Positions 26,480-39,120 of a stretch of 64,000 nucleotides of DNA are shown one piece after another. The stretch lies in NCBI RefSeq assembly GCF_009834535.1, contig NC_045707.1, positions 52,640,001 to 52,704,000 on the forward strand, in the 5' to 3' direction. The notes beneath the pieces are model-generated. The model was not told the DNA's origin. It worked only from the letters and a program-made list of their open reading frames with translations, and searched no databases. Origin of the DNA: Camelus ferus (lineage: Eukaryota). The stretch's first letter is position 1, and each line of letters starts with the position of its first letter. Made by a program: the position numbers and the translations under genes.

Positions 26480-27550
26480 ATAGTAAGATGAAATTCATAA
26501 TTTATGCAGAAGTACAATATATGACAGTATTATCATATAAGATGGATACATGTAATTATATCTCGTGAAGTTTAAGGTTTACAGTATTAATTTTAAATAG
26601 ATGGTGATAACTTGAGAATGCATATCTTAATCGAGAGAACAGCCCCTAAAAATTAATAAAAGGGAATATAGTTAAAAAACCAAGAGAAAAAATAATAAAA
26701 GACAACAAATTTTAGCTATGAAGAAGGCTAGAAAAGAGGAACAGAGAACAAACAGAGAGAAAGAAACAGAAAGGACAAAATGCACAATACACAACAAGAT
26801 GATAGACTGAAACCGTATCAGTCATTACTTGAAATGTAAATGGCTTAAACATTCCAGTTAAAACATACATTTTATCTGAACAAATGAAAACTAATATTTA
26901 GCTCTAGGCTACCTACAGGAGACATAAAACAGATGTGAAGGCATGAACAGGTTGAAAGTAAGACTGGGAAAGAACAAATCATGCACACACATGATAAGTG
27001 ACAGAGAGCTGGGGGACTGCATTGGTATCAGACAACACTATAAACAAATGGGACCTAATTAAACTTAAAAGCTTTTGCACACCAAGGAAACTGTCAACTA
27101 AATGAAAAGACAGCCTTCTGAACTGGGAGTAAGTATTTGCAAATGATATGGCTGATCAGGGATTAGTACCTAAGCTATACAAACAGCTCATACAACTCAA
27201 TATCAAAAAACTAAGGAACCCAATTTAAAAGTGGGCAGAAGACCTGCATAGACATTTTTCCAGAGAAGACATGCAGATGCCAACAGACATGTGTAAAGAC
27301 TGCTCAGCATCACCAGTCATCAGAAAAACGCCAATCAAGACCTGTCAAACCGGCTGTCATCAAAAAGTCTACAAATAGCAAATGTCGGTAAGGATGGGAG
27401 GAAAGGGAACCCTTGTGCACTGTGGGTGGGCGTGTACGTTGGTGCCGTCACTGTGGACAACAGTACTGAGGGTCTTCAAAAAAACCGAAAATGGAACTGC
27501 CATGTGACCCAGCAGTTCCACTCCTGGGTAAATACCCAAAAGAAACAAGA
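26480..27550 (+). mobile_element. L1 remnant: start of ORF2 EN joined at ~27040 to the ORF2 C-terminal part
   Basis: aatgtaaatggcttaaac (NVNGLN) at ~26833. From ~27043, aacaaatgggacctaattaaacttaaaagcttttgcaca (NKWDLIKLKSFCT), homologous to [14 protein letters not shown] in the full-length L1. Confidence 0.75.
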
Positions 27551-27837
27551 ACTCTGGTGTGTGTGTGTATATATATATACACACGCATAGCCTTTTCTGA
27601 AATCCAAACACTACTTTCCAAATTTTAGAGCCTAAAAATATTTCATTAATTAATAGTGACTTAGTTTTTAAAAAGTTAATAAAGATAACCTATCAAAGCT
27701 TTCCACAGAGTACTTTCTTTACGAAAAAGGAAAATTTTATTTAGGATCTATTTTTATTTCATTATGTTCTTGGGCTGATAGGCACCTTGCCCTGAGAGCC
27801 CTTCACGGTGTGCGTTTGTGTGAAACACAGGCATACA

Positions 27838-28018
27838 CTTCCCTTCCTGCCACCCTCCCTCCCCACTCCTGCCTTCTCTCTCTCTTTTTCTCTCTTCCTT
27901 ACTTCTTGAATCCTTCCTTCCCTTTCTCCTTCCCTCCCTTCCCTCTCTCCTTTTCCTTCTTTTTCTTTCTTTCTTCTTTTCTTGATTCCTTCCTTCCTTC
28001 CTTCCTTCCTCTTTTTTC
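27838..28018. repeat. Pyrimidine-rich low-complexity tract (CCTT/CTTT)
   Basis: Direct inspection. Confidence 0.85.
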
Positions 28019-28411
28019 AGAACTTTCTGCAAAGGGCTAACTCAGGAAAAATGGGCTTCAAAATGTCTGAAGACCTAAGTTGGTAACCATAAGGGCTAAG
28101 TATGCAGAGTAGCTAGGAGAAAGACAAAATGCCAAACTAAATAAAACCAGCAAACTGTGGGTGATGTGAGTGTGTAGTGAGAGCTGCCTTGAGCAAAGCC
28201 AGCAGCAGTCAGTCTTGGGAAACCCTACAGGTCTCTTACTGTGCACAGCAGAATCTTTATTTCTTGACTTCAGAGCAACTGAAATGATCTGGTTACTTAA
28301 ATGCTATCAGAGAACGGACTTTTCAAACTATGAAAGGCCCCTATGTGTAAATAATGTGGATAACAAATTGAATGGGAGCCGAGTTGCGGCTTCTTCCACA
28401 CTATAGACACA

Positions 28412-28544
28412 TAGGGTGACCATACGTCTCAGTTCACACAGGACAGCTCTGGTTTACACCATAGACCCTGTGTAATTATCAGTAGTGGCCGCTTTTACTC
28501 CCAGAAGTGTCCTGGCTTAGATAATAAATGACGTGTTTATGCAA
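28412..28544. mobile_element. MER94-like hAT-Blackjack MITE
   Basis: Begins with TIR TAGGGTGACCATACGTC. Internal gtaattatcagtagtggccgcttttactcccagaagtgtcctgg fits the ~134-bp MER94 layout from memory. Right TIR is decayed. Confidence 0.7.
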
Positions 28545-30387
28545 TATATCAACAAAGTATTCACACACAGATATATTAGAATTATTTTAGATTTGGGATC
28601 ATCTCAAGATCATATTTAGGATATTTAGGATAAAAATGAGGAGATATGCTTTGCCTGCAGATATTTAGGATAAAAATGAATTCAGGGATCTAATTACAGT
28701 GGGGGGTCTGCTTAAATAGCACACGGCCGAAATTAGGTCTGTCAGCATGTTTTAAAGCAATAGCCTGTAGCTGGGCTGACAGACCAGCGTAACTGCTGGA
28801 CAGACTTTGGGGTCGGGGTCGGGGATCTTGTGCAAGAGAAGCTACAGTGTCCTGTGAAAAGGGTCTGGGTGAAGTCATGAGCGGAAGAAGCAATGAATGA
28901 TGATTGTGCAAGTCTGAGTCATCAGTCTGATAAATGAGGAGAAAACTGACGTCTGCACCATGAAACTTCAGCTGAGTTTTCCAACATGTAAAAGTAGACT
29001 CAGCCTCGGTGCTTAACCAACCTGACCCAGAGTGCGGAAAGGAGGAGGGGAAAGAGAAATCCAGACAAGGCAAGAGCCCTGGGCTCTGTGGACAACAGAA
29101 GCTCGTCACAGAAACAGAAAACTCCAGACTGATGTTGGAAGGGAGTGACTCTTGCCTCCAGAGTCACACATCACGACACACCTAAATGTTGTTCGTCATA
29201 TTTAGCAAATTTTTGAAGGTCAGGGTTACTTTCAGTCACCACGTGAGACTATGAAAACCTGGTGCAGCATCCCAGAAGGAGGCCGGGTCTCAGACATTCA
29301 TCTCACACTCACGTCTCTCCGATGCCTCCCCGTGATGCTGAGAGAGAAGGAAAGAAAATCGTTCTGGGAGTTTACGCCTGGTAGGTAGTATTTGCCAGCT
29401 TTTAAGAAAGTGAGGTGAGAATGTGTGTGTGTGTGTGTGTGTGCACACGTGTACAAGTTTCTTTCTCTGTAGCAATAACACGTTTTATGTGCTTCCACAG
29501 AGATTGGTGCTGACTCTGAAAATTCTGTAACATTTCTAAAGGGTGTCAGATGCAAATGCATCTGTCACTCACGTGGACTTGGCAGAAGTTCCAGGAGGAA
29601 GAGGCACATCCACTGTCACTTTCTCATCTGATGTGGCAGCGTTCAAGCTGACCTCTCTGATGTGTTCACCAGGACTCTGTCAATAATACAGGTCTGGTTC
29701 CCGACTTGTCCTCGCTTGGGACAGGTCTAAACAGCTAAAAAAAGGAAGTTAAAATGTGAGCAATTTTCTCAGTCCCAAAAGTTATTAAATGTTATTCAGT
29801 CTAAAAAAGGTTTTGCTCAAATGATTTGGCTTGATATTTCAGACTGCCTGAAACTTAGCCGCCTACTTAAAAATCTTCCTCTCAGCATTGGCCATATAGA
29901 TCCACCAAGTTAAAAAAAGATGCATCAGTCTTCACTGGACAGGAAATACCCCTGCCAGAACCAACAACCTTGAAAAAAGATGATTGAGATCATTTTCCTC
30001 AAGTGCGGTAAAATAAATCTGGATAGAAATGTTCCCACTATTTATTTCCTTTAAGAATAAGTGATATTCTGCTCAACTGTCAAATTATAGGAAAAATGAA
30101 TAAGAGATTTCTAAAGAGCTATGGGGAAATTTGAAACATTTTCTACCACGAGCGTTAGCCCTCCTGTTGGCTCACGCGAAACCTCCCAGTCTCTGTTCTT
30201 GATGAGCCACGGAGCATTCTGCAGGGCTGAGTCCGGGTGCAAGATGGAAAAGCAACCAGATAAGGAATTAAACAGGGAAGCACATTTCTTTGGGACGCTA
30301 AACAGCATCATGAATTTGAAATGTTTTTCTTAAAAAGAGCCAAACATTTCTCCACAAGGGTGTTTCCCTTTGATTCTAGAAAATGTT

Positions 30388-30650
30388 TCAGCAGTTTACC
30401 ACGTGGTCCTCTGGACCTGGTCTGCAAATGGTTGTCATTCTGAGACAAGATACGGAGCACGTGGATCCATAGAAACTTGAATAGTCATTTGGGCTGTTCA
30501 GAGTAATTTTCTATCTGTTGAATTGAATTTAAAAATTGGGGTTTATTATATATATATATTTTTAGATTTCTCCAATAATTTGATTTTTGTATATTTTATA
30601 AAAGTCAAAAAAATTAAAACCTGCTATTTCAGTTCACACGGTTTGGGAGG
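30388..30650. mobile_element. Possible hAT-Charlie MITE remnant
   Basis: cagcagtttaccacgtggtcc ... cacacggtttgggag resembles Charlie-type termini. Weak. Confidence 0.3.
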
Positions 30651-31814
30651 GATTTTTCTAGTATACATAAAACACTTAAAATTGGTTTTCCAAAAATAAA
30701 GATATCCAGTGACTTCCAAACGCCTTTGAAAATCATAATCACTTCGATCTGAATGAGCACCGTGGTGAGGAGTGGTGGTGGGATTTATAACTTATCCCCG
30801 GGTTATTTTTTTAATGGAGACAACAGAATCGAAATTGATTGAGAGTGTATTTTGAAAGCATCTATAATTAATTATTTCATTTACATGAAACTAGTTAAAA
30901 ATTTAAGGCCATGAAATTTGAAGAGCAGGAAGCATGCAGAGTAGCTTAGTTACAACCCTCAGTTAGGAAATATAATCCCAGCATCCCCTGAGGACCTGTC
31001 CGCGTGCAGGTCACCAAGGCTGAAGATTTTCCCCTTGCGATCTAGGCAGGCCTGTTAACTGGCACCAGGTCAGGACAGGGAGGTCAGATGAACCAGTTCC
31101 TGGCTCACCCCAGGGGCAGAGTGCAACTCCTCGGTCCTGGAGGTCGCGGCCAAGGTCAAGGTCCCAGCAGCCACAGAGGTACGCCAGTGCTCTCTCTGCT
31201 GTCCCCAGAAACGCCCCCACTCAACAGGCTGGGCAAGTGGTTAAACTGTTAAGTTCAAGTTTTTGTTTGTCTATTTTACTGAAATTTGTAAAGAAATGAA
31301 AACTCAGATAAACATTTCTCAATTTGAAGCTTTCCATTTACATGATTTTAAAACTCTCGGGATCTTCCTCTCTGCCTCTGCTTTCCAGCAGTAACTATAA
31401 AAAACTCAAAGGGCCATCTCTCTTTTCTTTAAACATGGTTTTGTAAAATTATTCCCTGTATTGAAATGTTTAAGATGAAGAGATACATACTGCATGGAGC
31501 TACATATTTTTGCTGGAGAACTGTCTTCCTAGAACATACAGAGGAGTAAGTCGCTTCATGTTGAAAAGGCAACGTGACAGGCAGGCATTTTGCACGTGAA
31601 CACATTCTGAGACCGACGGGCTTAGATCAAGGCCGGAGCAGCGCTTCCTTCCTATTCTCGGCAGGCGGACCATCGATCTGCAGATGAAACCCTCACCTAT
31701 TCCCCACAGGGATTAGGGTTTTAAGGGGTTCTTCCCTCCTCCCTGAGTAGTGCTCTTTTTGAAGGCATTGAGAACAATTCCTCATTATCTGCTGCCAGGT
31801 AATCAATTGCCTTT

Positions 31815-32030
31815 GTCCACTCGTTCATCAACACATATCTGAGTGTCATCTGTATGCCGGGAGGCACCCAGTGGTTAATAAAATACCAAGATCCCAGCTG
31901 TCAAGTAGGGAACAGTCCAAAGGGAGAGGCAGACAATGAACAAAAAGATAAATATGTACTTATCTGTTACAATAGTCAGGCAAAGTGCAAAGCAGGAAAC
32001 GTGAACAGGGCAGTGGTGAGACGTAGGGCG
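31815..32030 (-). mobile_element. L2 fragment
   Basis: Antisense L2 tail (ctcgttcatcaacacatatctgagtgtcatctgtatgccggg). Confidence 0.45.
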
Positions 32031-32962
32031 GCCCTCTCTCTCGCCTGTTTCCTGGGTCCATATCTGTCTGCCCAGCTTCTCCCCAGGGATGCTGTGAGGG
32101 TTCCCTCCTTCCAGCTCATGGCCCGATAGTTCTATGGAAACCCCTCCACTGTCCAGCCCAGTGGGCCTCAGAGGACACTTGCTACAAAAACTCCCACCAC
32201 CTCAGTCACAGCCAGCAGGGTTGGACACCCTCCACGTCACAACTGGGCTCTTCTGCGGCAGGACCTCACGGCCATCACCCTCCCTCCCACCCCCGACCCT
32301 ACTGCAGAAATAAGCAGGGGGGCTGTGACTTTCCAAGATAAGAAAAAATATCTACGACTGAAAACTGTTTCATCTCCTGAAAAAATTTTTCTTCTTGTCT
32401 GCACCTTTCTCCCAGGTAGGTGGGTGGGAGGTTTGGACCCTCCTCTCATTTTTCATTTTCGATCGGCGGTGAGTACCTGTGCCTGCCGCCACCCCGCCTG
32501 TCCCCTCTTGTTGTCCACTCTCGTTGCACAATCCTTGCAGCGTCTTGTTCAGACATCCACAGGCTCCCAGATGACCCCCCTCCCCCAGTCTCTCTTTTTC
32601 TTGCTCTGGAAAGACACGTTCCAAAGTGCCTTCACAAATTTTTCATTGTTTTAAGTTTCATTTTCCCCAGTGTCATGCCTCCACCCTGGTATGCTCTGTC
32701 CTTCCATGAATCATAATTTCTGGGTCCTTCTGGTTAGATTTCCTGAAATAGTTTTGACACCAAATATTCTGTTTCTTCACTCTCATAAAATTAGACAAAC
32801 AAATGTCTTAGAATCCCAGTGTTTGAGCATAAAAACTATACTCAAAAATTACTCTTTGCACCAAAAGTAGGGGGAAAAGCCATGAAATCCCCCACCAACT
32901 CTCTGAGAAAGCATGTCACTCTGTTCCTCTTCCATCGTTACCTGTTGAAATTCTACTCATTT

Positions 32963-33566
32963 TGTAACAGCAGGACCCTGTGGGGCCGTCCCAAGACAGA
33001 CACCCCCATGTCCTCCACCCGCCTCTTGTTTGTAGAAAGACTTTAGCCTTCTAGGCCTTCCTGGAGTTCCAAAGGGCAAATTTAATCAGAGAAATGAGAA
33101 AATGCAGAAACAAAGGAACCAGTTAACCAAAAACAAAAAAAACAAAAAAAAGTTCAGCCATTAAACAAAGTCAAGCACCTTTAGCTCCTCCTCAAGGGCT
33201 GTAGCTAATATCCTGAGTGATGTATGCGAGCTGTTTTGCAGGTCCAGGTGGAGAGAGTTGGTGCGTGCTGACCAACAGCGCGTAGACCCCCAGACGACTG
33301 GAACCAGGAGGCTGATGTTGCTGAAGCCCAGTGACCTCGCCACCCACAATCAGAACAATATCCACAAGCTGATCACCAACCCTGCAACCCCCGCCCCACA
33401 CCCCTCCCTGAAAGTCATCAAGGAGGTTGGGTCTTTTGAGCACAAGCTGTCTGTTCTCCTTGCTGGGCGCCTACAATAAACGCTGAACTTTCCTTCACCA
33501 CACCTGGGGTCAGTAGACTGGCTTTACTCCATCTGAATGGGCAGACCCAAGTTTGGTTCAGTAACA
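32963..33566 (+). mobile_element. Solo LTR, ERV1-like
   Basis: TGTAACAGCAGGACCCTG...GGTTCAGTAACA (TG...CA). AATAAA at 33475-33480. Flanks ATTT/GTTT are a possible 4-bp TSD with 1 mismatch. Confidence 0.8.
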
Positions 33567-34029
33567 GTTTTCCATGATCCAGTTCAGAGACGACTTTCTT
33601 TACAAGTCCTTCCCACACCAAACAAGCAAGAATAAAGTAGGTTTCCTCTCTGAACTCCTAAGGTGTGCTGTCTGTATAAATCTAGGAACTCACTGCAAAT
33701 TTCCTCTTATCACAGACATTTTTATGGGTAGCACTCTCCTTCGCCCCCCTACTTAACTGCAGGTTTATTGAGGGTGGTATTTCTACCCTTAGCCAAAATC
33801 TGTCATCAACTTTCGCAAATAAGTGTTTTTGAAACAAATGGATCAATGGATAAATCAATGAATGAAAATGTTCATCTGAAACATCATTGTATCTATGATG
33901 AGTTGTTTAAACCGAGCCAATCATAGATTTCAGCAATGTACAAAAAAGCTCATCATAATTATTTATGGACTTACTATTTGCCAAACTCTTCATATGATTA
34001 TAATATCAGACCAATATCATTAAGTGGTT

Positions 34030-34760
34030 ACTAAGGTCTAGGTGCTGCGCCAAGACTGCAGGATCCTATGGTGAAGAATAAAAGCAGTAATCATCCTTTC
34101 TCTTAAGTGTATAAACCAGTGGGGGACGGTCATTAATTAGCTTACAACAAATAAATAAATAATGACAACTGTATAAACCACGTGGAAGAAATTTCCTTCC
34201 TTCTTGAAAGCCCACTAAACAGCAGAATTGACTGGCCTGGAGGTCGGGGCAGACTTCCCAGAGCGCACGCTGCAGGAGCTGAGACCAGGAAGGGAGGGGA
34301 GGATGTTGCAGAGGGACAGCACGTGCAGAGTCCCTGCAGGAGGAGAGAACGTGGAGGAGAAGAAACTGAAAAGGTGACAGTGTGGCGAGGGGGTGGTGGT
34401 GGTCATGACAGGTGCATGGAAGGTGTGGACAGGGGAGCAGGCTGGGATGGGACACGGTTGGATGTGTGCTTTGTGCAGAGTTCTCTGCATGGGGTAGAGG
34501 TAACTGGAGGCAGGGTGGACCCAGGAGCTGTAAAAGGCCGTCAGGAGAGCAGGGGAGGCGAGACAGGGTGCCGTTGGGACTGAGGCAGTGATGGGGGAAC
34601 GGGACTGTGTGACACTCAGGAGACACTGTGACGTGAGGTGTGGATGTTTGAACCTGCAAGGATGGGGCAGATGGTGTCCGGGGAGCTTCGCAGGTCTCCA
34701 TCCTGCTCACCTGTTTCAGGGGCATGACATTCTCTGTCCGGAAGCTGGATTTGGGGGGTG
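34030..34760 (-). mobile_element. L2 fragment
   Basis: Purine-rich L2-like body (gagggacagcacgtgcagagtccctgcagg). Confidence 0.45.
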
Positions 34761-35482
34761 GCGGGAGAGGGCGGGTGAAACACAAGGAGTCCACTTTTAG
34801 GCAAAGTGAACCTTACGTTTAAAGAACTGTTTGTCTTCGCTGCACCTGCCCTACGTGCCTCATACGCTCTCTGGATTCGGGCTCCCCGATGGAAACAATT
34901 GCAGAAAATCCAAAGACAGAGAATGAAAGCGGCGTCTGTCCCGCAGGAAGGCAGCGTCTCCGTCGGAGCTGAAGCGCGCACCGCCAGGGGGATTTCAGGA
35001 AGGCTAATGACCCGCACCGCGGAGAAGCCTCCGGGGGGCTTAGGGGCTTAATTCTGCTGCTGGAGAAAGGTGCGCCCCCGCCTCTTCCTTGTTACAGAGG
35101 CATTTGAGAGCGCAGACTGACGATTAGGTGTGATTCGGTCATTCTGAATGACGTGGCTTCTGTGCAAGCAGGTTTATCTCTTGAGTTTAATGAAGTTTGA
35201 ACTTTAGAATCAGTGTTGGAGAAGAGTTTTGTTTATTTCTTTTAAAAAGAACTTTTTGATCGAGCTGTTTTCCCTTCAATGAGGTCATAGGAGAATTTTA
35301 TGTGTTTTTTCCTTATAAGTTCCGAAATTCTTAAAAATCAACCTATTTCATTCTTATAATTTTAAAAATCAAATTTCTCAGTTAAATACCACATCCTTGA
35401 TCAGGTTCCTCGTGGATTTTCTCCTGAAGAGATGAATGTACCTCCTGGTATGAAATGTACTGCCTGGTCCGGTAGGAGGGGT

Positions 35483-35577
35483 GACATCAGATACGATTCA
35501 TGCCGGGGGTGACAGTGCAGGCGGGTGTGGACGTCAGGTGCAAGTTCATGCCTGGGGTGACAGTGCAGGTGGGCACA
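35483..35577. repeat. Two-copy ~48-bp tandem duplication
   Basis: ttcatgcc(g/t)ggggtgacagtgcagg occurs at 35497 and 35545. Confidence 0.85.
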
Positions 35578-35944
35578 GACACCGCCCTGGCGGCTGTGCA
35601 TCCACAAGCAGCAAGGACTGTTGGGGCCTCTCACCTGACAGCACCTGGGCTTGCGAAGCAGCTGTTCTCCGCTCCATTCTCTGGGCCCAAACCCTGCAGA
35701 ATCCTTAAGGACACTCAGCCTCCTGGGATAAAAGACCCCTCCTGCTCGACCCCCGCGGCCCCATCACTGTTCTTCTTTCAGCACAGGAGAGCCTGGGCTC
35801 TGAGTGCGTGGTCCAGGCCACAAGAGTCCACCTGCTTGGGGTCTCTGTCTGTGTGACCAGGCCGCCGGGCCCGGCTGCTGTATTTAATGAGTCTTTATTA
35901 GACGTGCTCCTGGTAAATGGAAATCTGACTTCAAAAACCAGTCT

Positions 35945-36020
35945 ATATAGATATAGATATAGATATAGATATAGATATAGATATAGATATAGATACGTGT
36001 GTGTGTGTGTGTGTGTGTGT
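35945..36020. repeat. Compound microsatellite (ATATAG)8-(GT)12
   Basis: Direct inspection. Confidence 0.95.
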
Positions 36021-36465
36021 ATTTCTCCCAGATGCTGCATCTGTCCTAAAATATCACCAGCACTTCCCCGTCTGGGGTCCTAGCCTGGGCGTCGACAACA
36101 GAGTACTGCAGACATTTATTTCTCGTAGTTCAAAATCAAGATGTCAGCCGATTTTGCTTGGAGAGAGCTCTCTTCCTGGTTTCTAGACACTGTCTTTTCA
36201 CCTGGCAGGGGGGCAGGAGGGACATAGACAGACAGACAGACAGACCGACAGGGAAGGGGAAGAAGGAGGGGGAACCAGCTTTCTGGTGTCTCTTCTAATA
36301 AGGACACTGATCACATCACAGGCGCCCCACCCACCTGACCTCTTCCAAACCTGATCGAATTCTCTCCCCAAAGCTCCTTGTACAAATATCATCATGTTAG
36401 GAGTTAGGGCTTCTGCATATGAATATCGTGGGGGTGGGGGGAGGAGACACAATCAGGCCATAGCG
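36018..36465 (-). mobile_element. MaLR LTR (MLT1A-like)
   Basis: Antisense MLT1 blocks: acatttatttctcgtagttc..aagatgtcagc, tctggtgtctcttctaataaggacactgatc, gttagggcttctgcatatgaat..gacacaatcaggccatagc. Confidence 0.75.
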
Positions 36466-37104
36466 TCTGGGTGGACCACCTTCTGATCATCTCACTACGG
36501 GCTGGGGCAGGAGAGGGTGAGGGGCCCACATTTCAGTCTTTCAAGGTCAATGCTCTGGTCTTGTCATGTGCTATGGTTCACACTTCCATTTCACTGCTCC
36601 TTCTCCTACGTGAACTTCTGGGAATAGGTACGCTTGTCTGTTTTATCCTTCGCTGCTGAACAGACAATCCACTTTTCAATTGATTTTTATTTCTAGAAAT
36701 GCCTCATAAATGATCCCAGTGTTCAGTCTCCAAGTGGTGATTACTGGTATGACCAGGTCACCCCAGGTGTGATCAGCAGGTGAGCAGAGAGCTGCTGCCT
36801 GGTTGATGCTCCCTGCCATCGGATGAGGACCAGTGCCCGCCCCCAACGCACATTCACAAAGCTGCACGTGGGGATAGCATCTCTTCCACGAGCTACTCCA
36901 TCTGCTTTTGTTTTGTGCAGCACAGTCTGCTTTGTTTTAAGTAGCTCTTCATGTCCAGTTAAACAATTCTGAACATAAAAAAAACCTCGAATAAAATTTT
37001 GTTCTTCTAAAAAGGTTGACTATTCTTGCACATACATATTGCATGATTTATACAACAAAATTATGGGAACATAGTAATATGCAAAATTAAGCGAACTTCC
37101 AGTA

Positions 37105-37445
37105 GAAGTATGTTTTCATCACCTTGGGCTGCAGTCCAGAGACCGAACTGCTTGGTCATAGAGGAGAGTCTACGTTGAACATTTTGAAGGACGGCCAAAA
37201 TGCTTTCCAAAGCAGCTGCACCATTTTACAATGCCATCAGCAATGTGTCAGAGTGCCATTTTCTTTATGTCCTTGCTAGCATTTGTTATTGCTTGTCTTT
37301 GTGATTCAGCCTGGTGGATATGAAGTGGCATCTCATCATGGTTTTGATTAGCGTGTCCCTAACGATGGCTTTAAGCATGATTTCACGTGCGCGCCGCCAT
37401 TCATTTATCTTCTTTGCATACATGTCTACTCAAGTCCTTTGTTAA
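37105..37445 (-). mobile_element. L1M ORF2 C-terminal fragment (antisense)
   Basis: tttccaaagcagctgcaccattttacaatgccatcagcaatg...gtggcatctcatcatggttttgatt is homologous to 15750-15960 of the full-length L1. Confidence 0.75.
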
Positions 37446-37830
37446 TTTTTTCATTTTTATTGAAATATATTTGATATAGAAAATTGTGTGTATAATATAA
37501 ATAAATATATAAATGAATAAATATATAAAGTTTAATGTATACACTGTGATGATTTATATTATAAAACAGTTACCACAACAAGGTTAGTTAATACATATCA
37601 CATAGTTACCATTTTTGTGTGTGTCTGTGCGTCTGTGTGTGTGCCTGGTGAGAACATTTAAGATCTACTTCTTAGCAACCTTGAAGCATATAAGACAGTA
37701 TTGTTAGCTATACTCACCACATTGTACAGTAAACCCCCAGAACTCATTCATCTTGTAAGTGCAAGTTTGTACCCTTGGGTCACCATCTCCCATTTCCTCC
37801 ATCCCTTACTCTCTGGCAAACACTGATCTA
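37446..37830 (-). mobile_element. L1MA-like 3'UTR fragment
   Basis: tttttattgaaatata...ggtgagaacatttaagatctact...cagaactcattcatcttgtaagtgcaagtttgtaccc. Confidence 0.7.
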
Positions 37831-38280
37831 TAAAAAATGAAAACAATCTAAATATCTATCAACCAAGGAATGGATAAGCAAAATGTGGTATATCTTTACA
37901 GTGGAATATAGTTGGCCGTTAAAAGAATAAACTAGAACGTGCATGCTACAACGTGGGTGGACCTTGCAAATGTCATGCTAAGCGCAAGAACCCATTCACC
38001 TAAGTCCACGCTGTGTTTCCATTTACAGCCCACAGCAGTCAACTGCACGGAGACAGATGGTAGACTAGGGGCTTCCGGGGGTGGTGGGGATGGAGGGAAC
38101 GGGGCGTGACTGCTGATGTGCGTGAGAGTTCTTCTCAAGCGGAAAATATCCTAAAATTAGATAATGGTGCACATTGAACAACTCTGCAAATACACTAAAA
38201 ATAAAAACGAAACCTCAAACTGTACACTTTAGAAGGATTTCTTGGTGGGTGACATATCTCACTGCAACTATTTGTTTCAG
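37831..38280 (+). mobile_element. L1MB-like 3' end (sense)
   Basis: aaacaatctaaatatctatcaacc..gaatggataagcaaaatgtggtatat..catgctacaacgtgggtggaccttgcaaatgtcatgctaag. Confidence 0.75.
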
Positions 38281-38427
38281 TTAAGCAAATACCATTCTCG
38301 TCTTCAGCTGTGGGACTGTGGTGGTCTACTGCAAGACCTGTAAGCAAGATTAAAGATTTGGGAAATTAAATACATATAGTCATTTATTTCCTCAAGCAAA
38401 TTAGAAAGATCAGTAGCAGATTTCCTA

Positions 38428-39120
38428 ACTTTTATTTTGAAATTTTTCAGACCTACAGAAAACCTGAAAGAATAGTACAATAAACACTCAAATACATTTT
38501 GTCCATATTTGACAATTAACATTACCACCTGTGGGGGGGGGGCGGTCATTGTGATGTGCGTGGTGTGTGTGTTTGTGTGTTGTGGTGTGTGTGTGTGTGT
38601 ATCGAATCATTTGATTGTGAGTGGTACTATCTCATCAGATGCTCCAGATCCACAATGTGTCTTCTGAGGACAGGGACGTTCTGCCGTACAACCTCAGTAC
38701 CATCACTGGCAGGAGCGTCTCAGCAGATGGAACGCAGCCACTCGTCTGGTTCCCCCCGTGGTTCCAACGAAGCCCTTTGCAGCTTTCTATTACCCAGATC
38801 CGGGATCAAGTCGCTGCGCTGCCTCTAACATCCCTCAACCCAAGGCGGCTTCCCAGCTTCTATCATCTTCCAAGTCATTGACATTTTTAAGGAGTCAAGG
38901 CCAGTTATTTTTTTCAAATGCTCCCTAATTTTTTTAAAGTTTAGATCCACGTCAAACATTTTGGGCAAGAATATCACATTGGTGATAATGTATCAGATCT
39001 GGACACGTGATATCAGGGGCCCCATTCTTGGTGAAATTCAATAGAATAACTTTGTGAAGGGGGGCAGGGGTTCCTGTCAGACCCTCCAGTACAATGGTAC
39101 CACTTTTTATTTGTAATTAA
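38428..39120 (-). mobile_element. L1MC-like 3' end
   Basis: cttttattttgaaatttttcagacctacagaaaacctgaaagaatagtacaataaacac. Confidence 0.55.

Noticed and set aside
34066..34794. 242-aa minus-strand ORF
   Set aside because: Overlaps an L2-like remnant; Pro/Ser/Leu-rich with no recognisable homology.
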